Shown here one piece after another: positions 31,904 to 40,780 of a stretch of 64,000 bases of DNA. The notes under the pieces were generated by a model. The model was not told where the DNA came from. It worked only from the letters and a program-made list of their open reading frames with translations, and made no database searches. The stretch lies in NCBI GenBank assembly GCA_021785355.1, contig JAJYFR010000001.1, positions 66,976 through 130,975 of the forward strand, written 5' to 3'. The stretch is from a bacterium (GTDB lineage Bacteria; Patescibacteriota; Dojkabacteria; JAKAPS01; JAJZLI01). Position 1 is the first letter of the stretch; each line of letters begins with the position of its first letter. The translations under genes and the position numbers were made by a program.

Positions 31904-33206
31904 ATATTGTAGATATAGCTAAAGTTATTCCCATAAATTCCCATACAAATAGTAATGTAAAGTATGAATGAAATAAGTTCGCAATAATAATACCAATGAA
32001 TCCTGCCAATAGAGATATAACAACTACATCTTTTTCTTTTTTTATATATAATAAAACTTTCCTTAAAAATACAGATAAAAAAGAAATATAAGATAAAAAA
32101 CCTATCAACCCAATCTCAGATAACCATAATAAGAATAAAGGAGGTGTATCTATATTGTTATAATAATAGTGGATGTAAGGTTTTATATAAGTTCCAAAAT
32201 AATAAGTAAAAGTACCTATTCCTGTTCCAAATAGAATATGTTTTGTAAATATTATAAAGCTATATTTTGTTAATATAAAATGTTCTATATAAGTAAATTT
32301 TTCTTTTATATATAAATAATATAAAAAATTATATTTAATTTCTATTAATAATAATATTAAAATAGAAGTAATAAGTGTATATATAAATTTCTTTTTATTA
32401 TATATTTTAAATACATAAACAATATATGCTACAGAAAATAAGAGTCCTATAATCGAACTCTTAGAAAATGTAGTGATAAAGTAAAATATTATGAAAGGGA
32501 GCATGTAATTGTATAGAGTGCCAATGATCTTTGTTTTATCTTTTATTACAAGATAATAACTTATTATTAGGGGTATTATTAGTAATATAAAACCTGAAGC
32601 AGTATTTACATCTGTAAATGTAGAATTAGGTCTCAGTAGAAGAATATGATGAATATATAACGTAAATGCTGTTGGGTTAATAGTCGAAGAATGTAATATT
32701 TTTGATATATGGAAAGAGTCTATTTTGAAAAATAAGAAACCAAAGAATTGTAATATTCCATATATGGAAACTATAAAAGTTGAAACTATAAAAGTATTAA
32801 TAATTTGGATTTTATTTTTGTAATATAGTATATACATATATGCATATAAAAATATAAAGAAACTTAATATTACATAAGGAGTAGATTTTAAAGATAGAAA
32901 CTTATTTATAGAAAAAATGTCTGATAAGAAAATACTTAATATGATAATAATTAATGTTATATAAAGTAAATTATCTTTTTTTGATAAAACTCTTTTTTTA
33001 AATAATTGAAATATATCTTTATTAATATATAAAGAGAGTACTATTATTGGAATATATAAAAGTAAAGGTTCTAATGTAAATCCAATATAGAGATTGAATC
33101 TTTCCAAAGGCATAAGTATTATAGAAATAGGTAGTATTACCTTAGGGTAATTAATGCTAATTAATCCTACTATTAAATAAATAATTATTATTATTATAAA
33201 AAACAT
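31902..33206 (-). CDS. Polytopic membrane protein, O-antigen ligase/Wzy_C-like
   Basis: 434 aa, about 10-12 TM helices. C-terminal LFLLWLSEIGLIGFL resembles the Wzy_C/WaaL L..L.E.G.IG segment. SEDS/RodA identity not supportable by eye. Confidence 0.35.
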   Translation of the reverse strand: MFFIIIIIIYLIVGLISINYPKVILPISIILMPLERFNLYIGFTLEPLLLYIPIIVLSLYINKDIFQLFKKRVLSKKDNLLYITLIIIILSIFLSDIFSINKFLSLKSTPYVILSFFIFLYAYMYILYYKNKIQIINTFIVSTFIVSIYGILQFFGFLFFKIDSFHISKILHSSTINPTAFTLYIHHILLLRPNSTFTDVNTASGFILLIIPLIISYYLVIKDKTKIIGTLYNYMLPFIIFYFITTFSKSSIIGLLFSVAYIVYVFKIYNKKKFIYTLITSILILLLIEIKYNFLYYLYIKEKFTYIEHFILTKYSFIIFTKHILFGTGIGTFTYYFGTYIKPYIHYYYNNIDTPPLFLLWLSEIGLIGFLSYISFLSVFLRKVLLYIKKEKDVVVISLLAGFIGIIIANLFHSYFTLLFVWEFMGITLAISTI

Positions 33207-33216
33207 ATCTGTATCA

Positions 33217-34236
33217 TTAAAAATTCTTTATATTTTTTTGTAGTGTATCTATGAACTTTAGAGCCTCTGATGCACCATACGCAACTGTATCCATAGGATT
33301 ATCACTTATATATACTGGTATGCCAATAGCCCTTGATATTAAAGTATCTATGTTTCTTAGTAAAGAAGTACCTCCGCTTATTAGAATGCCTCTATCCATT
33401 ATATCTGAAGATAATTCTGGAGGAGTTTTTTCCAATACATGCCTTGAAGTCTGTATTATTAAATTTAAGGGATTTTTTATTGCATCTACAATCATATTGC
33501 TATCTATACTTATAGATTTAGGCATTCCTGTTATTACATCTCTTCCTTTTATATTCATAGATAATGGGGAAGTCAGAGGTAGTGCCGATCCAATCTCAAG
33601 TTTAATTTTTTCTGCCATTTGATCTCCAATTAAAACACCTCTGTTTTTCTTTAAAAAATTTATAATAGATTCATTTATATATTCTCCACCAACTCTAATA
33701 GAATCGGATACAACTATTCCATTAAGAGATATTACTGCAAATTCAGCAGTTCCACCACCTATATTGATAACCATATTCCCAGAAGATGTTCCAATAGGAA
33801 GATTTGCACCTATTGCAGTTAATAATGCTTCAGGCATAAGGTATATTTTTTTTGCTCCGGAATTTAGTATAGATTCATATATTGCTCTTTTTTCTACGGA
33901 TGTTAACCCTGAAGATATACTTGCAATAACTTGAGATCCTGTTAAAAATCTTGTTTTAGACACTTTAGAAAAAAAATATTTTATCATTAACTCAGATATT
34001 TTATAATTGGAAATAGCTCCTCCTATTAAAGGTTTTCTCGATATAATACCTTCAGGAGTCCTTCCTAACATTTCTTTAGCTTCGTGTCCAATAGCTATTA
34101 TTGTTTTATCTTCTATTGATATTGCTATTACAGAAGGTTCGTTCAATATTATTCCTTTATTTAGAGATGATATTAGGGAATTTGATGTGCCAAAATCCAG
34201 TCCGAATTTATTTGTGTTAAACATTTTATAATACAA
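33217..34236 (-). CDS. Divergent MreB-family actin-like protein (second paralog)
   Basis: 339 aa. FGLDFGTSNSLI...NEPSVIAI and GRTPEGIISRKPLIGGAISNY parallel the MreB phosphate-1 and GRTP...P.KDGVI.D motifs. C-terminal GG.S motif ILISGGTSL. Confidence 0.7.
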   Translation of the reverse strand: MYYKMFNTNKFGLDFGTSNSLISSLNKGIILNEPSVIAISIEDKTIIAIGHEAKEMLGRTPEGIISRKPLIGGAISNYKISELMIKYFFSKVSKTRFLTGSQVIASISSGLTSVEKRAIYESILNSGAKKIYLMPEALLTAIGANLPIGTSSGNMVINIGGGTAEFAVISLNGIVVSDSIRVGGEYINESIINFLKKNRGVLIGDQMAEKIKLEIGSALPLTSPLSMNIKGRDVITGMPKSISIDSNMIVDAIKNPLNLIIQTSRHVLEKTPPELSSDIMDRGILISGGTSLLRNIDTLISRAIGIPVYISDNPMDTVAYGASEALKFIDTLQKNIKNF

Positions 34237-34297
34237 TATATATTAATTTTTATGATATAATTCTATCATATACTAACTAATTATAAAAATTATTTTA

Positions 34298-35740
34298 ATG
34301 GTTAAATCAAAGTTCAATCTGAAGAAATTATATTCTAAAGTCTTTTCAATATTAATAATCCTATTAATATTGGTTATAACCTTTATAATAATTTTATATG
34401 CTAGAGGTTATCAATTTAATTTTAAAAATTTTACCCTTACAAGTAGTGGGATAATTAGGGTTAATTCGACTCCTCAAAATGCCAAGATATATTTAAAAGG
34501 TAAGTATCTAGGAACATCCCCTTTAATTATAAACTCCTTGAGTCCTGGTACCTACAAGGTGAGTCTCTCTTTAAGTAATTATACGAATTGGAGCAGTATG
34601 GTTACTGTTAAGACGGGAGATATAACTAATGTGGACGCATTTCTGATACCAAATAATGCTCAAGAGAATCCTGCTGTAACAAATGCTAATATATATAAGG
34701 TTATATATAGCAATAGCAGTAACTATATATATGTGATAAATGATATTAATAATATCTATAAATTGTATTATATTGACACTGCTTCTCAACAAGGAACTTT
34801 TCAGTTAAGTTATATTGCTAATCTTACTAGTCTAATTAAATTTAATGGAAAAGGTAGTATTAATGTTGTAATAAGTAATACTCTTAATTATGCAATTATT
34901 CAATATAATAATGAAAATTATCTATATGACATTGTAAGTAATAAGATGATTAATTTATATAAGTTAACGTACTTTAATAATCTGAGTGATATAAGTATAG
35001 AATCTTATTATATAATATTTGAAGAGAATTCAATGCTTGTAAGCTTTAATATATTAACAGGGCAGACTTATTTATTATCAACAGGATTACCATCCTCTAG
35101 TTCTTATTATTCTTATGAAATTCTCAACTATAATCAGATAATTTTTTATAAGTACAATTCTATTACAAATGAAACTTCTATTTTCATTTCAAATTTAGAT
35201 GGAAGTAGCAGAAGAGTAATTAGTTCTATAAAAGGAAATGTTGTAAAAATATTTTTAAATAATTACTCTAGTTATATTGCAGTTTCTAATAATTTAGGAG
35301 AAAACTATTTAATACAAATAAAACAAGCTTCTATGTCAGCCCCTGTTAAGTTTGCTAATGGATATTCTCTTGTTAATTTTGAGGGAGAAAGTGACTATGT
35401 TTTGGCTGTTAAGAATAACGTACTATATGGGTTTTATGTGAATGATTTATCAGAGATAAAGATTCTTGATAATTATTCCAGATTATATGGACTTCAGCAG
35501 TATGTATTAGGTAGTTATATCTTTTTTCAATTAAAGAATAAAAATAATACATTTTCTGTATACCAAAGATCTATAGGTTCTAAAACTAATCATTTATTAA
35601 CTAGTAACAGTAATGGAACATATTTTATATCTAATGGAGGGAATTATCTGTTTTTCAATTATCCTTACCTAAAAGATCAATATTATTTATACTTTATTAC
35701 TTTAATACAGAATACTAATATATTACCTTTTTCACTATAA
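34298..35740 (+). CDS. Hypothetical surface protein with N-terminal TM anchor and PEGA-like domain
   Basis: 480 aa. TM at the N-terminus. GIIRVNSTPQNAKIYLKGKYLGTSPLIINSLSPGTYKVSL fits the PEGA-domain pattern. N/Y-rich repeats follow. Confidence 0.4.
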   Translation: MVKSKFNLKKLYSKVFSILIILLILVITFIIILYARGYQFNFKNFTLTSSGIIRVNSTPQNAKIYLKGKYLGTSPLIINSLSPGTYKVSLSLSNYTNWSSMVTVKTGDITNVDAFLIPNNAQENPAVTNANIYKVIYSNSSNYIYVINDINNIYKLYYIDTASQQGTFQLSYIANLTSLIKFNGKGSINVVISNTLNYAIIQYNNENYLYDIVSNKMINLYKLTYFNNLSDISIESYYIIFEENSMLVSFNILTGQTYLLSTGLPSSSSYYSYEILNYNQIIFYKYNSITNETSIFISNLDGSSRRVISSIKGNVVKIFLNNYSSYIAVSNNLGENYLIQIKQASMSAPVKFANGYSLVNFEGESDYVLAVKNNVLYGFYVNDLSEIKILDNYSRLYGLQQYVLGSYIFFQLKNKNNTFSVYQRSIGSKTNHLLTSNSNGTYFISNGGNYLFFNYPYLKDQYYLYFITLIQNTNILPFSL

Positions 35741-35744
35741 AATA

Positions 35745-35818
35745 TGTCTCTGATAGGATTCGAACCTATGACCTTCTCGTTAGGACCGAGACACTCTATC
35801 CAACTGAGCTACAGAGAC
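35745..35818 (-). tRNA. tRNA-Arg (CCU)
   Basis: Reverse complement folds: acceptor gtctctg/cagagac, D-arm gctcagttggatagag, anticodon stem tctcg/cgaga, loop gtCCTaa, T-arm ataggttcgaatcctat. Confidence 0.75.
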
Positions 35819-35883
35819 ACCTTTGAATAAAATACAATTATATAGTAAAATTCAGATTATGTTAAATTTATGAAATTATTATT

Positions 35884-36492
35884 ATGAATGACGTATATCA
35901 AAAAACTTTAGTATTAATTAAGCATGATGGGGTATCAAGAGGGTTGGTAGGAGAAATATTATCTCGATTTGAAAGAATCGGGTTGAAAATAGTTGCTTTA
36001 AAAATGGTTCTTCCTAGTAAAGAATTAGCAGATAAACATTATTTAGCTTCAGAAGAATGGTGTATCAATATAGGGAATAGGATCTTAGAAGATTATAGTA
36101 AATCAGACACAAAAAATATAATAGAAGATTTTGGGACAAACAATGCTAAAGATATTGGTATGAAAATAAAAGAATGGAATAATGAGTTTTTAATTGCAGG
36201 TCCTGTAATAGCTATCGTTTTAGAAGGTCCAGAAGCTATTGATTTAGTTAGAAAGATGGTTGGATCTACTAGTCCATTGGAATCACCTATGGGTACTATT
36301 AGAGGTGATTATACTTGGGATAATAGAGATATTTCTAGTAAACAGAAAAGACCTATGTACAATTTAATACATGCTTCAAGTTCTATAGAAGATTCTAAAT
36401 ACGAAGTAAATCTCTGGTTTTCTGATTCAGAAATATGTAATTATAAGACTTCTGACCAAGATTTCATGGGATGGAGTAGTAAATTAAAATAA
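35884..36492 (+). CDS. ndk: Nucleoside diphosphate kinase, with an internal insertion
   Basis: 202 aa. KTLVLIKHDGVSRGLVGEILSRFERIGLKIVALK and NLIHASSSIEDSKYEVNLWF match Ndk N- and C-terminal signatures. About 50 extra residues in the middle relative to typical 140-150 aa Ndk. Confidence 0.75.
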   Translation: MNDVYQKTLVLIKHDGVSRGLVGEILSRFERIGLKIVALKMVLPSKELADKHYLASEEWCINIGNRILEDYSKSDTKNIIEDFGTNNAKDIGMKIKEWNNEFLIAGPVIAIVLEGPEAIDLVRKMVGSTSPLESPMGTIRGDYTWDNRDISSKQKRPMYNLIHASSSIEDSKYEVNLWFSDSEICNYKTSDQDFMGWSSKLK

Positions 36493-36500
36493 TATATAGA

Positions 36501-37766
36501 TTAATTTATATTTTCATGTAGTGTAGAAAGGAATTCTGAGTTATTCTTTGTTTTCTTTAATCTATCTATCAATAATTGACTACTTTCTGTAGATTTTAAT
36601 GTATCTAACATTCTTCTGATTAACCAAGATTGACTAAGAACTTCAGATGATAAAAGTTGTTCTTCGTGTCTAGTACCTGATTTTATAACATCTATTGCTG
36701 GATACACTCTTCTTTCAGAAAGTTTTCTATCTAAGTGAAGTTCCATATTTCCTGTTCCTTTGAATTCTTCAAAAACTAAATCATCCATTCTACTTCCTGT
36801 ATCAACCAATGCCGTAGCTATTATAGTTAAACTTCCATACTCTTCTAAATTTCTAGCTGATCCAAAGAATTTCTTAGGAGGGTATAGAGCAATTGGGTCA
36901 AAACCTCCTGATAAAGTTCTTCCTGACGGAGGTACTGTTATATTATATGCTCTAGCTAGTCTTGTTAAACTATCCATTAATATTATTACATCCTTTCCTT
37001 CTTCAACAAGTCTCTTTGCACGATCAAGTGCTATTTCTGCTACTTTTATTTGATTGTCAGGTTGCTCATCAAAATTAGAGGCAAAAACTTCTGCGGAGGT
37101 GGATTTCCTTATATCTGTAACCTCTTCAGGTCTTTCACCTATAAGTAAAATCATTAAATGTATATTTTTGTCATTTCTAGTGACTCCATCGGCTATATCT
37201 TTCAATAATGTTGTTTTACCAGACTTAGGAGGTGAGACTATCATACCTCTTTGCCCTTTGCCGATAGGCGCCAATAAGTCTATAATTCTGTTAGAAAGTC
37301 GAAATTGATCAATTTCTAAAATTATTTGTTCATTTGGAAAAATAGGAGTTAATCTTTCAAAAGGAGTTCTTTTTGCAGCTTCATTTGGGTCTCTATCATT
37401 AATAGATTCTATTTTTAAAACACTTAAGTACCTTTCATTATCTTTTGGTAATCTTGCTTTACCTTTTACATAATCACCTTGTTTTAAATTAAATTTCTTT
37501 ATTTGAGAACCTGAAACATAAACATCATTTTCTCCAGGTAGTAGAGTATATGATCTGAGAATTCCGTGTATTCCGTCATTTATTATTTCAAGAATTCCTT
37601 CTATACTTATATCAGCTTCATCCTTATCAATAGACTTTAAAATACTAAAAATCAAATCTTTTTTATTTAGTTCTTGATAATTATCAATTTTTTGTTTTTC
37701 AGCTATTATTCTTAAGTCCGCTATACTTTTAGAATCTAAACTTTGTAGTGAGAATGTTTCTTTCAT
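36501..37766 (-). CDS. rho: Transcription termination factor Rho
   Basis: 421 aa. N-terminal RNA-binding domain. Walker A GKGQRGMIVSPPKSGKTTLL. RecA-like core. Confidence 0.9.
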   Translation of the reverse strand: MKETFSLQSLDSKSIADLRIIAEKQKIDNYQELNKKDLIFSILKSIDKDEADISIEGILEIINDGIHGILRSYTLLPGENDVYVSGSQIKKFNLKQGDYVKGKARLPKDNERYLSVLKIESINDRDPNEAAKRTPFERLTPIFPNEQIILEIDQFRLSNRIIDLLAPIGKGQRGMIVSPPKSGKTTLLKDIADGVTRNDKNIHLMILLIGERPEEVTDIRKSTSAEVFASNFDEQPDNQIKVAEIALDRAKRLVEEGKDVIILMDSLTRLARAYNITVPPSGRTLSGGFDPIALYPPKKFFGSARNLEEYGSLTIIATALVDTGSRMDDLVFEEFKGTGNMELHLDRKLSERRVYPAIDVIKSGTRHEEQLLSSEVLSQSWLIRRMLDTLKSTESSQLLIDRLKKTKNNSEFLSTLHENIN

Positions 37767-37803
37767 GTTAAGTAATTTTTTAATATATAAAATATAATAG
37801 GTA

Positions 37804-38499
37804 CTATATAACTTTGATAATATCTTCTATATTTAGTTTTAGAGATGCACCCATTGTAGGACATATATAGATAGTTTTAAAAACTGATTGAGAAGGTTTC
37901 CCTGTTATATTAATTATCGATTTTATTATTTCAATAAAATTATCATACAATTCTTCTTTTGTATTGTCTATATTTCCTATAATAGTATGAATTGTGCCAG
38001 TTTGATCTGATTTATAGTCATATTTACCACTTTTATATTTTTCAACAGTGCCTTCTAAATCTTCTGTAACTGTACCAAGTTTAGGGTTTGGCATCAGAGA
38101 TTTTGGTCCTAATATTTTTCCTAAAATAGCTATTTTAGGCATTACATTTGGAGTTGCTATAACTAGGTCAAAATCAGTCCATCCTGATTGAATTTTTTCT
38201 ATATATTCATCTAATCCTATGTAATCAAATTCTTTTTTTAATTTTTCGCTAAGATCTTTTCTGTCAGTTAATAATAATATTTTTTTATCTTTTCCAACCT
38301 TATTTTTATAAAAAACACTACCTCTAATAATCTGTTTATTATCCTTTTTACTAGATAATGTAGATATATGAACTTCAATACTTCCTTTGAAGTTAGATAT
38401 AGAAAGATTTTTTACTGTATCAAAGATATCAATATTAAATACATTATTTATTGTATTTTCTTTTAATTTTGTTATATATTTTTTACTTCTTTTTTTCAT
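37804..38499 (-). CDS. rplA: 50S ribosomal protein L1
   Basis: 231 aa, downstream of rplK in the conserved order. L1-like composition. Confidence 0.8.
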   Translation of the reverse strand: MKKRSKKYITKLKENTINNVFNIDIFDTVKNLSISNFKGSIEVHISTLSSKKDNKQIIRGSVFYKNKVGKDKKILLLTDRKDLSEKLKKEFDYIGLDEYIEKIQSGWTDFDLVIATPNVMPKIAILGKILGPKSLMPNPKLGTVTEDLEGTVEKYKSGKYDYKSDQTGTIHTIIGNIDNTKEELYDNFIEIIKSIINITGKPSQSVFKTIYICPTMGASLKLNIEDIIKVI

Positions 38500-38512
38500 A
38501 ATGATTTAATGT

Positions 38513-38941
38513 CTATTCTTTTATAGTTATTCCCATATTTATAGCAGTTCCTGCTATAATTTTCTTTGCTTGATCTATATCATTTGTATTTAGATCTGCC
38601 ATTTTTGTTTTTGCAATTTCTTCTAATTGGTTTTGATTTAATTCACCTACTTTTTCTTTTAAACTGTCTTTAGAACCTTTTTCTAAGTTTAGTGCTTTTT
38701 TTATCAATATTGCTGCAGGAGGGGTTTTTATTATAAATTTAAAAGTTCTATCAGCATATATATCTATTATTACAGGAAATATAAGATCTCCTTTATCTTT
38801 TGTTATATTATTGAATTGATTGCAAAAATCCATAATATTAACTCCATGTTGACCAAGTGCTGGTCCTATAGGTGGAGTAGGTGAAGCTTTTCCTGCTTTA
38901 ATTTGTAATTTTACTTGTGCTGTTACTTTTTTATTATTCAT
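38513..38941 (-). CDS. rplK: 50S ribosomal protein L11
   Basis: 142 aa. [32 protein letters not shown] is the L11 N-terminal signature. Confidence 0.9.
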   Translation of the reverse strand: MNNKKVTAQVKLQIKAGKASPTPPIGPALGQHGVNIMDFCNQFNNITKDKGDLIFPVIIDIYADRTFKFIIKTPPAAILIKKALNLEKGSKDSLKEKVGELNQNQLEEIAKTKMADLNTNDIDQAKKIIAGTAINMGITIKE

Positions 38942-38950
38942 AAAAATATA

Positions 38951-39502
38951 TTATATTAATTTTATTTGCATTAAGTCTAATTCTACTGGAGTTTCTCTTC
39001 CAAATATTGAAATTAGAACCTTTACTTTTCCTTTTTCTTCATTAACTTCACTAACCTTACCATTGAAATCTTTAAAAGCTCCATCTGTAACGACAATAGC
39101 ATCATCTACATTAAATGTAGTTTGTACTGCTGGAGTATCCAATTCCATGAATTTCAATATAGCATTAACTTCTTGTTCTATAAGGGGAGATGGTTTATTA
39201 CCTGGTCCAACAAAACCTGTAACTCCTTGAGTATCTCTTACAATAGGCCAAGTATCTTTATTTAATTCCATTTTTATTAAAACATATCCAGGAAGAATCT
39301 TATCTTTTACTTGTCTCTTTTTACCATCAGATATGACTGTTTTATTTTGAGTTGGGATAACAATATCTTCTATATATTTAGATAAATTAGCTGTATCAGC
39401 TCTCTGTTTAATTATTATAGAAACTTTATTTTCATGACCAGTAAACACATTTACTGCATACCATTTAAAATTATATTTATTATTATCTTTTTTCTTTTCC
39501 AT
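38951..39502 (-). CDS. nusG: Transcription termination/antitermination factor NusG
   Basis: 183 aa. NGN domain (KWYAVNVFTGHENKV) and C-terminal KOW region (GKVSEVNEEKGKVKV). Confidence 0.85.
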   Translation of the reverse strand: MEKKKDNNKYNFKWYAVNVFTGHENKVSIIIKQRADTANLSKYIEDIVIPTQNKTVISDGKKRQVKDKILPGYVLIKMELNKDTWPIVRDTQGVTGFVGPGNKPSPLIEQEVNAILKFMELDTPAVQTTFNVDDAIVVTDGAFKDFNGKVSEVNEEKGKVKVLISIFGRETPVELDLMQIKLI

Positions 39503-39504
39503 TA

Positions 39505-39681
39505 CTATATAAATAACAATAATATTTTTTGAAATATTATATCAATACCAAACAATATCAAACTTATAACTAAAGATATTGTTATTACAACAAGGGTAGA
39601 ATTATATAACTCTCTACCAATATACCACTTAGTATTCTTCAACTCAACAAATACGTCTTTTAAAAATTTAAATAAGTTCAT
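39505..39681 (-). CDS. secE: Preprotein translocase subunit SecE (58 aa, absent from the ORF track)
   Basis: Manual translation: MNLFKFLKDVFVELKNTKWYIGRELYNSTLVVITISLVISLILFGIDIIFQKILLLFI. Has SecE-like KEL..V.WP.RKEL...T..V and a single TM. Stop 2 nt before the nusG start. Confidence 0.65.
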   Translation of the reverse strand: MNLFKFLKDVFVELKNTKWYIGRELYNSTLVVITISLVISLILFGIDIIFQKILLLFI

Positions 39682-39744
39682 GAATGATTATATAAAGGAT
39701 GATAACAAATATTTCATATTATATCAACAATCTATAATATGAAT

Positions 39745-39815
39745 CAGGTTCAGGGGGACTCGAACCCTCATTATTGGTTTTGGAGACCAATGTTTTACCC
39801 TTAAACTATGAACCT
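39745..39815 (-). tRNA. tRNA-Trp (CCA)
   Basis: Reverse complement aggttca...ttggtctCCAaaaccaa...gggttcgagtccccc...tgaacctg. Canonical position upstream of secE-nusG. Confidence 0.85.
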
Positions 39816-39816
39816 T

Positions 39817-39981
39817 TTATTTTACCTCCTTGTGAGAAGTATGCTTTTTACAAGTATTACAGAATTTATTAATTTCTATTTTTTCTGTACTATTTATAAA
39901 GTTTTTTTCAGTAGTATAGTTTTTATTTTTACATACACTACATTCTAAGTTAATATATCTTCTATTTTCTTTTTTTGCCAT
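39817..39981 (-). CDS. rpmG: 50S ribosomal protein L33 (54 aa, absent from the ORF track)
   Basis: Manual translation: MAKKENRRYINLECSVCKNKNYTTEKNFINSTEKIEINKFCNTCKKHTSHKEVK. Two CxxC pairs and a ...HKE.K terminus typical of L33. SD aggagg present on the minus strand. Confidence 0.75.
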   Translation of the reverse strand: MAKKENRRYINLECSVCKNKNYTTEKNFINSTEKIEINKFCNTCKKHTSHKEVK

Positions 39982-40020
39982 ATTCTTAATATTATTATAT
40001 ATAAAATTATATTTTAAGAT

Positions 40021-40093
40021 AGCCTAGAAGCGGATTTGAACCGCTGACCTTTCCCTTACCATGGGAATGCTCTGCCACCTGAGCTATCTAGGC
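40021..40093 (-). tRNA. tRNA-Thr (GGU)
   Basis: Reverse complement gcctagatagctcaggtggcagagc a ttccc atGGTaa gggaa ... ggttcaaatccgc...tctaggct. Confidence 0.8.
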
Positions 40094-40095
40094 TT

Positions 40096-40178
40096 TGCAG
40101 AGAGAAGGATTCGAACCTCCGTAGCCTATTGGCAACTGATTTACAGTCAGCCGCGATTGTCCACTCCGCCATCTCTGC
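40096..40178 (-). tRNA. tRNA-Tyr (GUA) with long variable arm
   Basis: Reverse complement gcagagatggcggagtggacaatcgcggctgactGTAaatcag...ggttcgaatccttctctctgca. Confidence 0.85.
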
Positions 40179-40191
40179 TTAAGCCTAAATT

Positions 40192-40263
40192 AGCCTCCTG
40201 TCAGATTTGAACTGACGACCTGCTGTTTACAAAACAGCTGCTCTACCACTGAGCTAAGAAGGC
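40192..40263 (-). tRNA. tRNA-Thr (UGU)
   Basis: Reverse complement gccttcttagctcagtggtagagcagctgttTTGTAaacagc...gttcaaatctgacaggaggct. Completes the thrU-tyrU-thrT-like cluster. Confidence 0.8.
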
Positions 40264-40564
40264 ATTTTACTTTATTTATTATCTAAGAGCTACTGAGATT
40301 TTATCTAATTAATACATATTTCGCAATAGATAAACATTAATAACCCATCAATATATTAAATTTGATTTCATAAATCAAATATTTAAAACTCAAATACATC
40401 CAATGGAAGATATTATATTGTTTTATAAAAAAGTAAATTGTTAAATCAATTAAGCAATATTGATGGGCTTGAATTATTATATCAATTTTATAAGGAATTG
40501 CATAATTTAACTTTTTATTATACTATATGTAAGTTAAATTATTTTTTCAGTATATTACAAGATT

Positions 40565-40780
40565 ATGTCAAAAGTATGTGATGTATGCAATAAGGGCTCA
40601 ATAATGGTTACTAATATAAGCCATAAGCAATCAGGTGGATGGGCAAAAAGAGCTCCAAAGACAAAACATAGATCTTATGCTAATTTAAGGCCATTAAAAA
40701 TTTATTATAATGGTGAAAGTAATGCTACAAGAATAAAGATCTGTATGACTTGCTATAAAACCATTGGTAAATCAAGTTAA
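40565..40780 (+). CDS. rpmB: 50S ribosomal protein L28
   Basis: 71 aa. MSKVCDVC...SHK and a basic core, as in L28 (MSRVCQVTGK...NRSHA). Confidence 0.75.
   Translation: MSKVCDVCNKGSIMVTNISHKQSGGWAKRAPKTKHRSYANLRPLKIYYNGESNATRIKICMTCYKTIGKSS

Noticed and set aside
31902-33206. Calling the 434-aa membrane protein RodA (SEDS) because it sits beside an MreB paralog
   Set aside because: No SEDS signature could be recognised by eye. The C-terminal segment looks more Wzy_C-like. Left as uncertain.
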